NCBI RefSeq assembly: GCF_009914755.1 | Contig: NC_060944.1 | DNA: 64,000 bases | Strand: one strand, 5' to 3' | Source of the DNA: the human T2T-CHM13v2.0 reference genome, Homo sapiens | In this document: positions 1 to 11,835 of the stretch, in pieces | How the letters are laid out: each line of letters opens with the position of its first letter | Position numbering within the stretch: position 1 is the first letter of the stretch | The notes under the pieces: generated by a model | What the model was told of the DNA's origin: nothing | Database searches by the model: none | What the model saw: the letters and a program-made list of their open reading frames with translations, nothing else | Position numbers and translations under genes: made by a program

Positions 1-918
1 AAATCTGATTGTTAACAGTAGGATCAGAGCCCCCGTAGAGTTTTGTTTTTTTCCATTTTCAAAGCACATGTGCCCTCTAACTGCAAAGTGTATGAAGGAG
101 GCCGTGCTGTCAATGAGCAGTGCCTCCCTGGAAACCTTGTGGGATTTTGTCCTACAGGTAGGCCGTCCATTCCTCCCTTTCCAGGCACACACAGCCAGCT
201 GCTGCCATTGGCCCCTTCCATCTGGCCTGGAGCCCTGTCCTCCTGCAGGAGGTCCCAGGGTCTGGCCCTTCCTGCCCCAGGGACTTCCTGTTGCTATTGC
301 TCAGGCCCACGGGCTGTGATGCCACAAGGCTGCTGGGCGCAGGGTGGAAAGGGAACATCCATGGTCTCTGCAAGCTGGCCAGCACGACTGCGGGGGCTAA
401 CTTCCTTCTGGAACGGACCCTCTGTTGACTTTACACAATGTTAACAAAGGGCCTGGGGCATCTGAGAACTTCTGTGCTCATCTCATGCCAACCTCACAGC
501 AACCCCACAGGCCACATCCTTGCCATCCTCTCCAGGCTGCAGATGGAAACCAAGGCACAGAAGGCACCAGGCCGCCATGGCGCACGGCTGTGAAGGAGGA
601 AGCCGGGCCCAGAATTCCGTGCTCCCTGGTGTTCTAGCAACAACATTGCTCTCTGGGGCTTTAACCCATGCCACCTTCCCTCTAAGCAGTCTCACCTCTG
701 AAAATTGACCAGTTTTCTTTTCTCTGAAACACAATTTTAAAAAGCATCTGACAACCACAACCTGTGTCCCAAGGAAGCTGTAACCAGCTGCAGGTGAGAA
801 GCGACCACCCCTTCCCTAGAGTGGAGGCCCCTCTGGCCACCCACTCACTGGACACCTGTCCCAGGCACCACGGGCCTGGCATCTGAGCCCCACAGCATCT
901 TCCCTTGCTCCCTGTCAC

Positions 919-1697
919 TGTTACTGAACCCATCTGGGGTCCACTTGCCCAGCACAATAGAGCCAAGCGTCCACACCAAAGTTTCACAGCGGGAGAAAGG
1001 AGGGCATTTATTTGCAGGGCGCCAAGCAGAGAGAATGGGCAACGCCCACTGGAGACCTGACCTCCTGGCTGGCTTACAAGCAAGAGTTTTTAAAGGCAGG
1101 GGCACGTCTCAGGAAGGCAGAAGCTACAGGCAAAATCATAAATCAATATGTGGCTTAAAAAGGACATCTTGAAGTGAGGGCTGACAGGTCATAGGTGGAT
1201 CCAGCGATTCTCTGATTTGCAGTTGGTTAAGGATTTGTCTAAAAGCTTGAGGTCATCAGAAAGGAATGCTAAGGTCTGGCTGCTGGGTATGACTTTCTTC
1301 AGACCCCTCAGGAAGAATTTTGGAACAAAAAATGGGGGTCAGGGTTCAGGCCTCAGTCCGCCCCCCCCACCCCCCCCCACCCCCACCCCCGATGTCTATG
1401 TGACAGTGGTTGGCATTTTCTGTCTGGTGGGGGTCCAGGTTTCTGAAAAACAGTTCAGGGATGTAGATCAAGATGTTATCTTGGGTTTCCATAGGGAACG
1501 AACATCTTGTTGTTCTAACTTCCTTGGGGGGCTCTTGTTTTAGGCTACTGTTCCCTTCTCGCTTTTATCATGTTACTCATTTACTTCTCAGGGCTCGCTG
1601 GGTGCCTGGAATTTCCCTTGAAGGCACTAAGGATTTTCCTTTATTTCCATGTTGCGGGGCCTAGCAGGCCCCTAAAAGGGGTCCCTGCCCTGTCTCA
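919..1697 (-). mobile_element. Solo LTR, ERV1 (MER4-group; subfamily uncertain)
   Basis: Minus strand runs TGAGACAGGGCAGGGACCCC...TAACA (TG...CA ends). Flanked by an exact 4-bp TSD, TCAC (915-918 and 1698-1701), typical of ERV1. Internal MER41/MER4-group-like motifs (caggtcataggtggat, cataaatcaata). Confidence 0.8.
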
Positions 1698-3984
1698 TCA
1701 CTGGCTTGTCAAAGGGCCATAGGCAAATACGCACTGGGGCTGAGGTTTGCTGGTAATAAGTACATGGACATGACCCTTGGCAATGCAGCTGAATTGAGAC
1801 CAATAGATTTATTGTGCCTCTCAAAACACAGATTGAATGTGGGCCTCGATATTCATTGTCTCAAGAACAGCTCTGGAATTGTGGGCAGGAGGATTTAGAA
1901 GGTCATCACTGTAATGTTTTCTACAAAAGGCACCTGGGCGGCAGCCATGGGGTGGGAGGAAGGGCCCAGGACCTCCCTGGAGGCCCAGGGCACACCTGCC
2001 TGCACCATTGCCTGGCATTGGGGCGGGGGCGGGTGGCACGGCTGGGCCTCTGCCCTGCACCTGAAAACAAGACGCCAGCTCTTCTCGGTTTCCTGCCAAA
2101 GTGCCAGGCACAGAGCCTGTCATTCACGATCATGTAGTGAGTTCAGAGAGAAGAAAACTGGAATTTTTTGTTTAATGCAAAATGTCCTTGCTTTTGCATT
2201 TTGGCAAACAATTGAAAAGCTTTAACATCTGTGGGTGGCCCAGCACCGGCAGGCCCTGCTGCTGTCCATCACCATTTGAGCTCCCGGTTCTGGGGACTCC
2301 CCTGTGTGGTCACCCTCACGATGTGGCCTGGGAACCTGCGGTGAGCATACAGCAGGAACCTGCAGGTCCCAGATTGTCACAAAGGACGCCGCAGTCCCCA
2401 AAAGCTGCATGTATGATAGGGGAGCACTGCTGGCTGCACCTGCAAAGCCAGTGAGGACCCTCCTGGGCTCATCAGCTTAGATCCTGGTTTTCCCTGGATG
2501 GGAAGGGGGACCCTCCTCATGGTGGCTGCAGAAGGATGGTGTGGGGCTTTTCTCTTTTCCCCTCTGTGCTACAAAAGCTGCCTGTTGGGAGTCGGTTGTC
2601 CCTCCCTCCCTTCCTTCCCTCCCAGGTGGCCTTCGTAAAGATGTAATTGACCTGTGGATTCCACCAGTTAGAGGTGTCACTCCACACAGAAGTCCCAGGC
2701 ACAAATGTCCAGCACTTCCTGGATGAGATTCAGGGCTCCGGTGTAGTCTACCCCGCCTGGCCATTGCCTCTCTTTTAGCTACGACTGGGAAGGAAGGCTA
2801 TGATGCCCAGTTACAAATAAAGGCAAAATAATCACGTCTGGCTTTTTTTGTTCTTGTCGGAAATCTACTCTCCTAGCTCGCTCTCTCTCACTCTGCTCTT
2901 GTTCTCTCGCTCTTTCTCATTTGCTCGCTCGCTCTCTGTTTCCCGTGTGGCTTGCCCACTTCCCCTGGAGTCTATCCCCCCCATCCCGCAGTCTATCCTG
3001 CCATCCCTCACCCCTCCTGCCTGGTTTCCTGGCTGCTCCAGGGTAGAATGCAGAACTTCTCCAGCCCCATCTTCCCCCGGGCTCTGGAACGCCCCCCCAA
3101 TACGATTCCACCGCAGGCAGGCAGCTCCCTCACCACAGGGGCTCGCCTCGTGCTCTGCGTTGCACTGGCAGAGGGGCAGCACAGGACTTAACTCTGCAGC
3201 CAGGCCCTTGGGCCGTGGGCCGGAGGGGACGCTGGCCACCTCTCTTACCCTAGAAGCTGCGGCAGGTGTCCGCCCTGGGGACTAAGCAAAACAGGGACAG
3301 AGCCACCGGCCCCACCCTAACAGGAGCAATCCATTCCTGTTCCTCTTCCTGCTCCTTCCTTACATCCCGTCTATTAATGCCATGGTCCCTGAGCAGTCAT
3401 GGGGCCAACATCTGTCACACACATACAGAGCCCCCGTCGGACGCTGCATGAGCTCATGTGCATCACCTCCGACTCCTCATCACCAGATGCCGCTGCGGCT
3501 TCCATTTTACAGACCGGGAGGCAGAGCCCCAGAGGTCAAGCCAGATGTCCATGTTGGGGAGTCTAACGGCAGGTTCTCACCGCCCTGGAAACTACATCTG
3601 CCTCAGACCTGCCCCCCTGAGTCACAGCATCACAGAAAACAGTTTACAAGGTCATCTGGCAGAAAGCTCAGTGGCTGAGCTATTTTAAAGCAAAGTGTCA
3701 GACCCTCAGAGAGGCCGGATTGATTGTAATAGCACAGGGCTGCAGCACAGGCTCAGGGTGCAATGTCAAACCGCGGCCCTGCCCGAGAGCAGGCACTAAA
3801 AATAACCAGGCTCCGTTCCCAGGTCAGTGAGTGTCGGTTTGGCGATCACACTTGCTTTCTTCTTGGGAACCTGGGCTCGCTGTCCACACAGCCCCTGCTC
3901 CCCTACTCCCTGGCTCCTCGTCCTAGCAAGGAGCTCCAGGCACCCTCAGCCTGTCAACTTTTCAACTCCTCCAGCGAGTCCTGT

Positions 3985-4252
3985 GTTTGTAACATGGGGT
4001 GTTTTCAATGTATTGGGATGTCATGCACGCCCTGAAAAATGCAGGCATGATTAGTACCCAACCAGACAGCTCTGCACAGACTGCAGAGCCCAGTGTGGCC
4101 AGCACCCAGCTTGAGTCACACTCCATCTGCCCTTCCAGAAAGCTCCCTCAGGCCCCTTGTGGCCACGATCCCTTCACCAAAGGGTAACCAGATTCCTGTA
4201 TTCCAACTTTCTAGATGTTGCCTGACTTTGAACTTCGGGTAAATGGAATCCC
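3985..4252 (-). mobile_element. Old L1 (L1ME-like) 3' UTR remnant, interrupted by an Alu
   Basis: Degenerate L1ME-type motifs (aaagggtaaccag...ttgcctgactttgaacttc...aaatggaatc) that resume after the Alu (ttttgtgtctggc). Confidence 0.45.
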
Positions 4253-4548
4253 TTTTTGTTTTTAGAAATGAGATCTCACTCTGTTGCCCAGGCTGGAAGG
4301 CAGTGGCGCAGTCACAACCCACGGCAGCCGCCAACTCCTGGGCTCAAGCGATCCTCCCACCTCCTGTGGGGCTGTGTAGCTGGGGCCACAGGTGCACACC
4401 ACCTTGTGCAGCTAATTTTTTTACTTTTTGTAGAGACAAGGTCTCGCCGTGTTTCCCAGGCTGGTCTCAAGTGCCTGGCCTCAAGCAATCCTCCCACCTT
4501 GGCCTCCCAAAGTGCTGGGATTGCAGGTATGAGCCACCATGCCTGGCC
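4253..4548 (-). mobile_element. Alu (AluJ-like)
   Basis: Reverse-complement Alu dimer: T-rich tail, tctcactctgttgcccaggctgg ... gagccaccatgcctggcc. J-type 'ctcctgggctcaagcgatcctccc'. Confidence 0.95.
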
Positions 4549-5465
4549 TGTAGACTTTTGTGTCTGGCGGCTTTTAAGAGTCAGACTTGTTTATAGTCCC
4601 CCCAGTGGAGGATGAATTCAAGCACAATTCCTGCCTTCTTCACTCCTGACCTTGGAACTTGGCGGGTGGCTGAGCCCCTTGAGCTGCAAAGTGAGGAGAA
4701 TGACGGCAGCGCCGCTGTAGGACCATGGAGGGAATGAACAAGGAGGGGTGTCGGACGTGTTCAGGACAGGAACAGCACACTCAAGGTCACCATTCGTCTT
4801 ATTCTTGTCAGCTATTATATGTCTGATTTTATGGTTTTCATCCTGAAATACGTGGTCAGTCCAGGGTTCATCGTTTTAGCTGAGTTACCTCTTATTTCAT
4901 TTATTCTCAGTTCCGTCCCATGCAGGTGCCTCACAAAACCCATATACCCCTCAGGGTCCCTCCCCCAAATGCACAGACACAGCCAGACAGCTTCTGGGGC
5001 TGATTGCCCCTGGATGGGCCTCTCGTGTGGGGCTGGGGCAGGAGCTGCCTGCCTCCCCGTGCGGGGAGGATGCCTCAGCCCAGGTTACCTGATCCCTTTT
5101 CAGGCGCTATTTTCCCCATGCAGATAAGGCCCTCAGTTTTCTAAAGAATTTGCAAGAAATCATGACGCTACTGCAAGGGTTTAGTGCTCATTCTTCACTC
5201 ACTGTGTCTGGGACACTAGGTGGGTGTTTATTCTGCCATCATCCCTTTATCGAACACCACCAGTTCCTAGGACGAGGAAGCCCGTGCCTCTCCACAGGCT
5301 GACTGCATGGTGGTGGTATAATTCCCACTATAAAGTGGAGGACTCCCAGGTGCAGAGATGGGCTCTTAACCACCTCTTCCCTATGCTAAGTCTGTTCCAC
5401 CTAAAGGAAAGGTACGTTATCAGATAGGCTGGAATTTGGCCAAATTCTCTGTTATGATGAGGCTG

Positions 5466-6060
5466 TCCATCATCCATCTGTCATCCACTCATCATCCATC
5501 ATCCGTCATCCACCCATCGTCCATCCATCCATCCTTCCATCATTGATTCATCATCCATCCATCCGTCCATCTATCATCCATCCATCTATCCATCATTCAT
5601 CCATCATCCTTCTATTTGTCATCTATCCATCCATATATCATCCATCCATCATCATCCACTCATCCATCCATCCTTCATCCACCTAACCATTTATCCATCC
5701 ATTCATCCTTCCATCTATCATCCTTTATTCATCCATCCTTCATCTACCTATCTGTTGTTCAATCATCCATCCGTTCATCCACCCATCATCCATTCATCCA
5801 TCCATTCGTACATCCACCCATCATCCATCCTTTCATCCATCATTCATTCATCCATCCACCCATCATCCATCCATTAATCCATCATTCATCCATTCATCCA
5901 CCCATCACCCATTCATCCATCATTCATTCATCAATCCACCCATCATCCATTCATCCATCATTCATTCATCTACCCACCTCATTCATCCATCATTCATTCA
6001 TCTATCCATCCATTATTTATCCATCCATCCATCCTTCATCCATCCATTCATCCATGCATT
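5466..6060. repeat. Degenerate (CATC/CATT)n microsatellite
   Basis: About 600 bp of catc/catt/tcat units. Confidence 0.97.
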
Positions 6061-7399
6061 CCCAGGATGCACACTCATGAAGCCCTGTCCACCACCCCAG
6101 ATGGGCTTTCTGTAAGTCGCTGAGTATGACCATCACCCCTCCAGTGGCCAAAGCCTAGAAGCCAGGTGCTTTAATGGAAGTTTCCACCACAAATTTCTGG
6201 ACCCTTGGCATCCCATTCACAGTCCGCAAGGAAGAAGGGCTTAAAAGCTTAATAACATTTGGGACCTTCATAGGATGATGTGTGCCTCTGTCTTTGAAAA
6301 CTGACTTCAATCACTCTTTTAACACTTAATGACTTCTCAGAAAATTTGATGTCTCCATTCTAGACATGAAGCAGTCATTTCCCAGCACTGTGTTTCTAGC
6401 CTCTGGGCTTTGGTTTTATACCCATGGATTCCAGTCTAGAGGCAGCTGCAGCAGCTGCACATGCAGGTGCCGGCGGGAGGTCCTCTGATCATTCTGTGCA
6501 AAAGCCTTTTTGACCAAAGGAGCTACATTTGTTGTCCTTCCATCATGCTTAACTCCTTAAGCCTCACGGTACATTTTCTCCAAAGGCATTGTGATGTGAC
6601 GGGTCTGTGTTCAGGCTCCCCAAGGAGGCTCCCTGGTGCCCCGACCCCGAGGAGGGCTCATAGCACTGGCCAGGCAGCGCTGCCTCTCGGGCTGCTGCGC
6701 CAGCATCGCAGGGCGATTACCCTGTGCTGCTCTCTAGATGGGTGTCTATTCTTTCGTTGTTCCTTAATCGAATGCCACTAGTTCCTGGGCGCAGGACGCC
6801 AGTGTGTCTTCACAGGCAGACTGCGTGGTGGTGGTATAATCCCCATTACCACGTGGAGGAAACTGAGGTGCAGAGATGGGCTCTTAACCTCCACTTCCTC
6901 AGGGCCCTGACCGCTGTCTAGAAGGGCCTCGTCATGCCCACCTGAGACATGACTGCCTCGCATTAGTGGTGCCCGCCGACTCTGCCCACCAACTGCTGGG
7001 CCACATGGGCCCTGTTCCCCGAAAGGCTCAGATCCATTGTATGAGATTCCCCAAGACCCTGCTGACACACAGACTTGCGTGTGTCAGTTTCTAGGCTATT
7101 GACTATCCATTGATCTGCCTGCGGGTTTCTACCAAGCATCTTCTTTGGGAATTATTCTGCCCAGTGCTGGTGAGTGGGCATCACCAGCAGAAATGCCCAT
7201 GTCCATGGAGACACCAACTCAACCCATCTGATCTGTCTTCCAGTCTCCAAGGCGGGGTGATAGTAGTACCTGCATCTGAGATTGTTGCCAGGAGGCCGCC
7301 TGTGTGGGACTGTCTGCAGAGCCCAGCACAGGGTGACTGCCCAGTCCTGCTGGTGCTGGACCCTGAGAGGCAGTGCTGCCTAGGAACCCAGGCTCCAGA

Positions 7400-7600
7400 A
7401 CCACACCCTTGGGTTGAAATGCCACATCCATCCCTTGATAGCTGTGTGACCTCAGGAAAGTCACTGAGCCTCTCTGTGCCTCAGTGTCCTCATCTGTGAG
7501 GTAGAGATAACCCCGATGCCTTCCTGGAGGGGTGGTGTGTGTGTCAAGGGAGCTGTCTGTCAGGCCAGCGCTTAGCACGGAGTGAAGCACCAGCTAAGCA
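7400..7600 (+). mobile_element. MIR
   Basis: MIR core: ctgtgtgacctcaggaaagtcactgagcctctctgtgcctcagtgtcctcatctgtga. Confidence 0.8.
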
Positions 7601-8609
7601 AGTGAGGGCTCTGGCATTGCTGGTTGTCAGGCTGACCAGGCCCTGCCTATGGATCAGGCACCAGGCTTGGCATTTGGCGCATAGTTTCCTCTTTCATCCT
7701 CTGAGCAGCTCAGTGACGGTGATGCGGGTCTTTTCCTTCTTCTGAGCATCGGGAGGGAAGCGGTAAATCAGAGTGCACGCCAAGGCTTCCAGGCCCCGGA
7801 TCCTGAAGACTTAACAACCCCCCGTACTGCTTATTAGAGGTCTTTAACCTGAAGGAGCTTCAGTCTTGTTGGGAAAGCAGGATTATAATCATCCCACTCT
7901 GGCAGGAAAATGAAGGGAATAATTCAGAGTTCAAACAGGCAACCGCACTTAGTGGGCGAAGGGAGCAAACCCAGGTCAGTGCAGCTCTGCGGGGGTGCAG
8001 CTCCAGGGGCCTTGAAGGGCGAGTAGAATTGAGGTTGTGGTGGGAACACAGGAGGGTCTCCCAGGCTGCAGGGGGGCCCGCACCCACCTCCTTATTAAGA
8101 ACTAATTGTGGTCTGTTCTGATTTGAAGATGGCTAGTGTCTTTTGCGATCATCCCATCAGAAAGGACTTCTGCTTCCCTCTTTGCTTACCCTGACGCATT
8201 TGTGATGATGACTAATTTCCAGCACGTGTGGAGGGCTGCATATTTCTGCAAGTCCCGCTGCTTCTGAGCTCCTGCCAGATAGGCCCATTGGGAGCGGGTC
8301 TGTGCTCACAGCCTCCTCCAGCAGTGACAGGAACGGCCTCTGAGAGGAGGGGCAGCTAGACAGCAAAACCAGGCACCGTTTTCCAAAGCTCCATCAAATG
8401 CATCACTTGGGGAGTATATTTTAAGAGGAGGAGAGCGAGTTTGTAGGGATCGTAAGAAGATGGGAGGCAGCGTCAGCCCTGTCTCTCTTTTGCTGGAAGG
8501 TTTACAAGTTGAGCTCCAGCTCCGTGAACAAGCAGCAGTGAGAACCGTGGGACGGCACACCACAGGCTTCACTCACTCACTCTCCAGGGGGCCGCCAAGA
8601 AAACCAGTG

Positions 8610-8715
8610 GTGCCCCCACTTTACAGAGGAGAGGCTGATGTGCAGAAACCTGAATTCAACAAGGTCGAGGAGTCACTGGGATTTGAACCCAGGATCTCTG
8701 GTTCATGAGCCTGGC
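8610..8715 (-). mobile_element. MIR fragment
   Basis: cccactttacagaggagaggctga...aaggtc...gggatttgaacccagg (reverse MIR core). Confidence 0.7.
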
Positions 8716-8809
8716 TGAAACTAGCCATCTTCAAATCAGAACAAACCACAATTAATTCATAATAAGAGGGGGGTGGGTGTGGGCCCCCCTGCAGCCTGGA
8801 AGAGCCTCT
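8716..8809 (-). other. Inverted copy of 8051-8137, flanked by 26-bp direct repeats (templated insertion)
   Basis: Reverse complement aligns to 8051-8137 at about 90%. Flanks caggatctctggttcRtgagccYggc at 8690-8715 and 8810-8835. Confidence 0.85.
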
Positions 8810-9753
8810 CAGGATCTCTGGTTCGTGAGCCCGGCCGTCTGTATCTCTCTGACCCAGGTTTGGTGATCGGCCCCCACTGTGTTGCCAACAGGCAGTGCAA
8901 CGGCCGGCCTGTGCTGATTTTAGTCGCATTTCCTGTTGGAGGTCTGCAAGCATTGCGGGCCACCTTGCTGTGACTCATGGAGTTTATCTTCCTGCCACAA
9001 GTGAGCATAGATCTTGGTGTAACTGGTTGAAGGTCCGCTTATTAATTCCCATGCATTTGCCAAGAGAGCGCAGAATCGTTTGTATGTGGTGAGAGTGAAG
9101 CTGTGTCCCGTCTGTGGGAGCTCTCAGAGATTCGCAGGCCTTCTCCTGAATTCCCACCTGGCCTCCCTCGTGACAGTGGCGTGGGCTCCTGCTTCAGCTT
9201 GGCAGCTCCCTGCGTGTCCACCTCCGTCCTCTGAGGTCCTCAGGGGCCTCCAGCCAAGCCTCGCTGTGATACCCCCTCACCCCTAGCTTAGCCCCGGACC
9301 CAGTGGGCACGTGGAGAGGCCGGATCGGGAACCCCCCAAGCCAGTGGAGCGGGTGGGGAGGGATCCCAGACCCCAAGGGATGGGGCCAGATTTCCTCCCA
9401 AACCCCTCCAGCCACTGAAAACTGATGCATGAGGAATAGCCACTCGTGACCTCGGTAACCATGTGTGAGGTGCTGCGCCGTCCCTGACACCAAATGTCGC
9501 ATCCATTAACGTTTAATTCAATCTTTTTCAATATCACATTACAATGTTTCCATCTTGGAATGGAATGGTTATGGTTAGCATAAATCTGCCACGTACACAG
9601 AGACTTCATTTATATTAGCTTTTATTTAACTTAGTAAAAGGTAATTTGTTTTTATTAATTGATTCATTTTCCCCCCAGCCAGGCAAGCAGCCCCACTCGG
9701 AACTGCACGCACGGCGCAGTCCGGGTGGGAGCCAGCGCTGCCCTTGTTCACCC

Positions 9754-9811
9754 GGCTGCGGGCTGTTGTCTTCCGCGGAAATGGCCGCGGGCTGTTGTCT
9801 TCCGCGGAAAG
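9754..9811. repeat. 29-bp tandem duplication containing the palindrome TTCCGCGGAA
   Basis: ggcYgcgggctgttgtcttccgcggaaa twice (9754, 9783). Confidence 0.95.
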
Positions 9812-11541
9812 TTTAATTGACGGCCCGGTGCCGGTGTGGCCTTATTATCTGCTCCTCTCTCCCTTCGGTTTTTTATTTTTGAAGTTATCCTGGCCAGTTG
9901 ATTAGTCTAACACTTACTACCGGGTGGGCCGGAGCCCTCTGCAGTGTTCTGCTGTACACAGAGTGCAGGGAAAGCACACAAAGCTGCCGACACGCAGGTG
10001 CATCTGGCAGTGCCCTGGCATCAGGATGTGGCCTGCAGACCAGTTGGTAGCTCCATCAGCCACCGGCCTCCAGGAGCAGAGGAAGGAGCAGGAGGGAGGG
10101 TGCCAGGGAAGGCAACCCACACCAGGTGACAGGCGGCATGCATCCTGCTGTCCAGAGCTGGCCAGCACTGTCCATTCACTGCCCATCCTCCATCCCTCTC
10201 CCTAGCCACAGAGGTGGGAAGGCGGCTCCATGCCAGAACGGTGCCTCAGTTTCCTCATTGCTGCTGGAGCTTTCTCACCATCAGGAGGCCTCATCTCAGG
10301 CCACGGCCTACTGATCCAGGCGACTCCGTCTTTGGGTGGAGCTGCGGCACTGCCAGCGGGCCCACGCTGGTCTCTGCTCGCCGGTCTCTGCTCTCTTGTC
10401 AGGTGACCATGCGTTTGCCACGTGTGATGATTGCGTGGCATGGCGTGCTCCTCGCACGCACAGACACACCCTTCCAGCATTCCAGCACAACACAGAGAAG
10501 GCATTTGCCTCCGTCATTCCCCGCCACGTGCTCTTCCAAAACCTTCCATGGAGGCCTCTTGTAAATCTTCCTCCCTCTGGCAGCCTCCTCTCAGCAGCCC
10601 AACTTTTTACTAAGGTTCATTCTATAAACACCAGGGCAGATTGCAGCTGTCGTGCAGGGCATGCAACAGAAAACAGGCCCGGGGCTTTCTCCCAGCTACT
10701 TTCCTGGGGGACGGATGGCCACAGTGGGGCCAGGAGGGCACCACACGCTTCCGCCGCCCATTTAGGGAAGAGACACCACCCGTCTGCGTCCCCGACCATC
10801 AGTGTGGATACCTTTGCATTCGTTATTCAGTAAATAGTGAGCTCCTTTCACTGCCGGGGAGACCCCTACCCTCTCCAGGTGGAGTTGTAATGCCAAGTTT
10901 TTCTTTACCAAAAAAGTCAAATTAAAAATGGCTAAACAGTTTCTAATGACTGTAGCTAAGAGCTATTTGATGGACAACACCCGCCACTTTGCTTGGATGG
11001 TGTTATATAAAGAAGCAAGATATCTGACGAATTCACCTATATCTACCCATTAAAAGACCCAGAAGCCACTTGTGAACTGTAGGGCTTCCCAAAAGCATGG
11101 CAGCCGTGACTCCATCTGTCTCTAAACATTTACCTGGGGAATGCTGTTTATTAAAGCTATGGGAGAAAACCCACACAACTAAACTAAAATCCCGAGCTTG
11201 CTGTGGTCCATTGGGCTGCTTTGGTTTATGCTGCTGGGGTTAGAGGAACATTGCTATGGAAAGGTCCTGTTTCTACCTGGAATGCTTCCCTACTGGAGAC
11301 ACAGTCACTCTCGAGTCATTTAAAAATACCCAAAGGAGGGCACGTGAAAACCCGGGGAAAGCTGGAGAAGACCTGGACCTGCAGAAAGCCTGGACACCTG
11401 CATTCGTGCGATTGTGTCGGCATCCTATTCCCGCATTCAACCGTGGGCTTGGGTCATGATGCATGTCGTCAGCAGAGGAAGCTGGGTGAGGAGTACTCGG
11501 GACTCTCTGCACTAATTTTGCAACTTCTATGAATATTACAC

Positions 11542-11835
11542 TTTTTTTTTTTTTTAAGACAGAGTCTCACTCTGTCTCCCAGGCTGGAGTGCAGTGCTGC
11601 AATCTCAGCTCACTGCAGCCTCAACCTCCTGGTCTCAGGTGATCCTCCTACCTCAGTTCCCTGATTAACTGGGACTGCAGGCACATGCCACCAAGCCCAG
11701 CTAATTTCTGTATTTTTTGTACAGATGGGGTTTTCCCACGTTGCCCAGGCTGGTCTCGAACTCCTGAGCTCAAGTGCTGCCCACCTCGGCCTCCCAAAGT
11801 TCTGGGATTACAGGTGTGAGCTACCACACCTGACC
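11542..11835 (-). mobile_element. Alu (AluJ-like), inserted in an old L1M 3' end
   Basis: Reverse Alu dimer with poly-T. Upstream flank 'gggactctctgcactaattttgcaactt' is an L1MC/ME-type 3' end. Confidence 0.95.
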
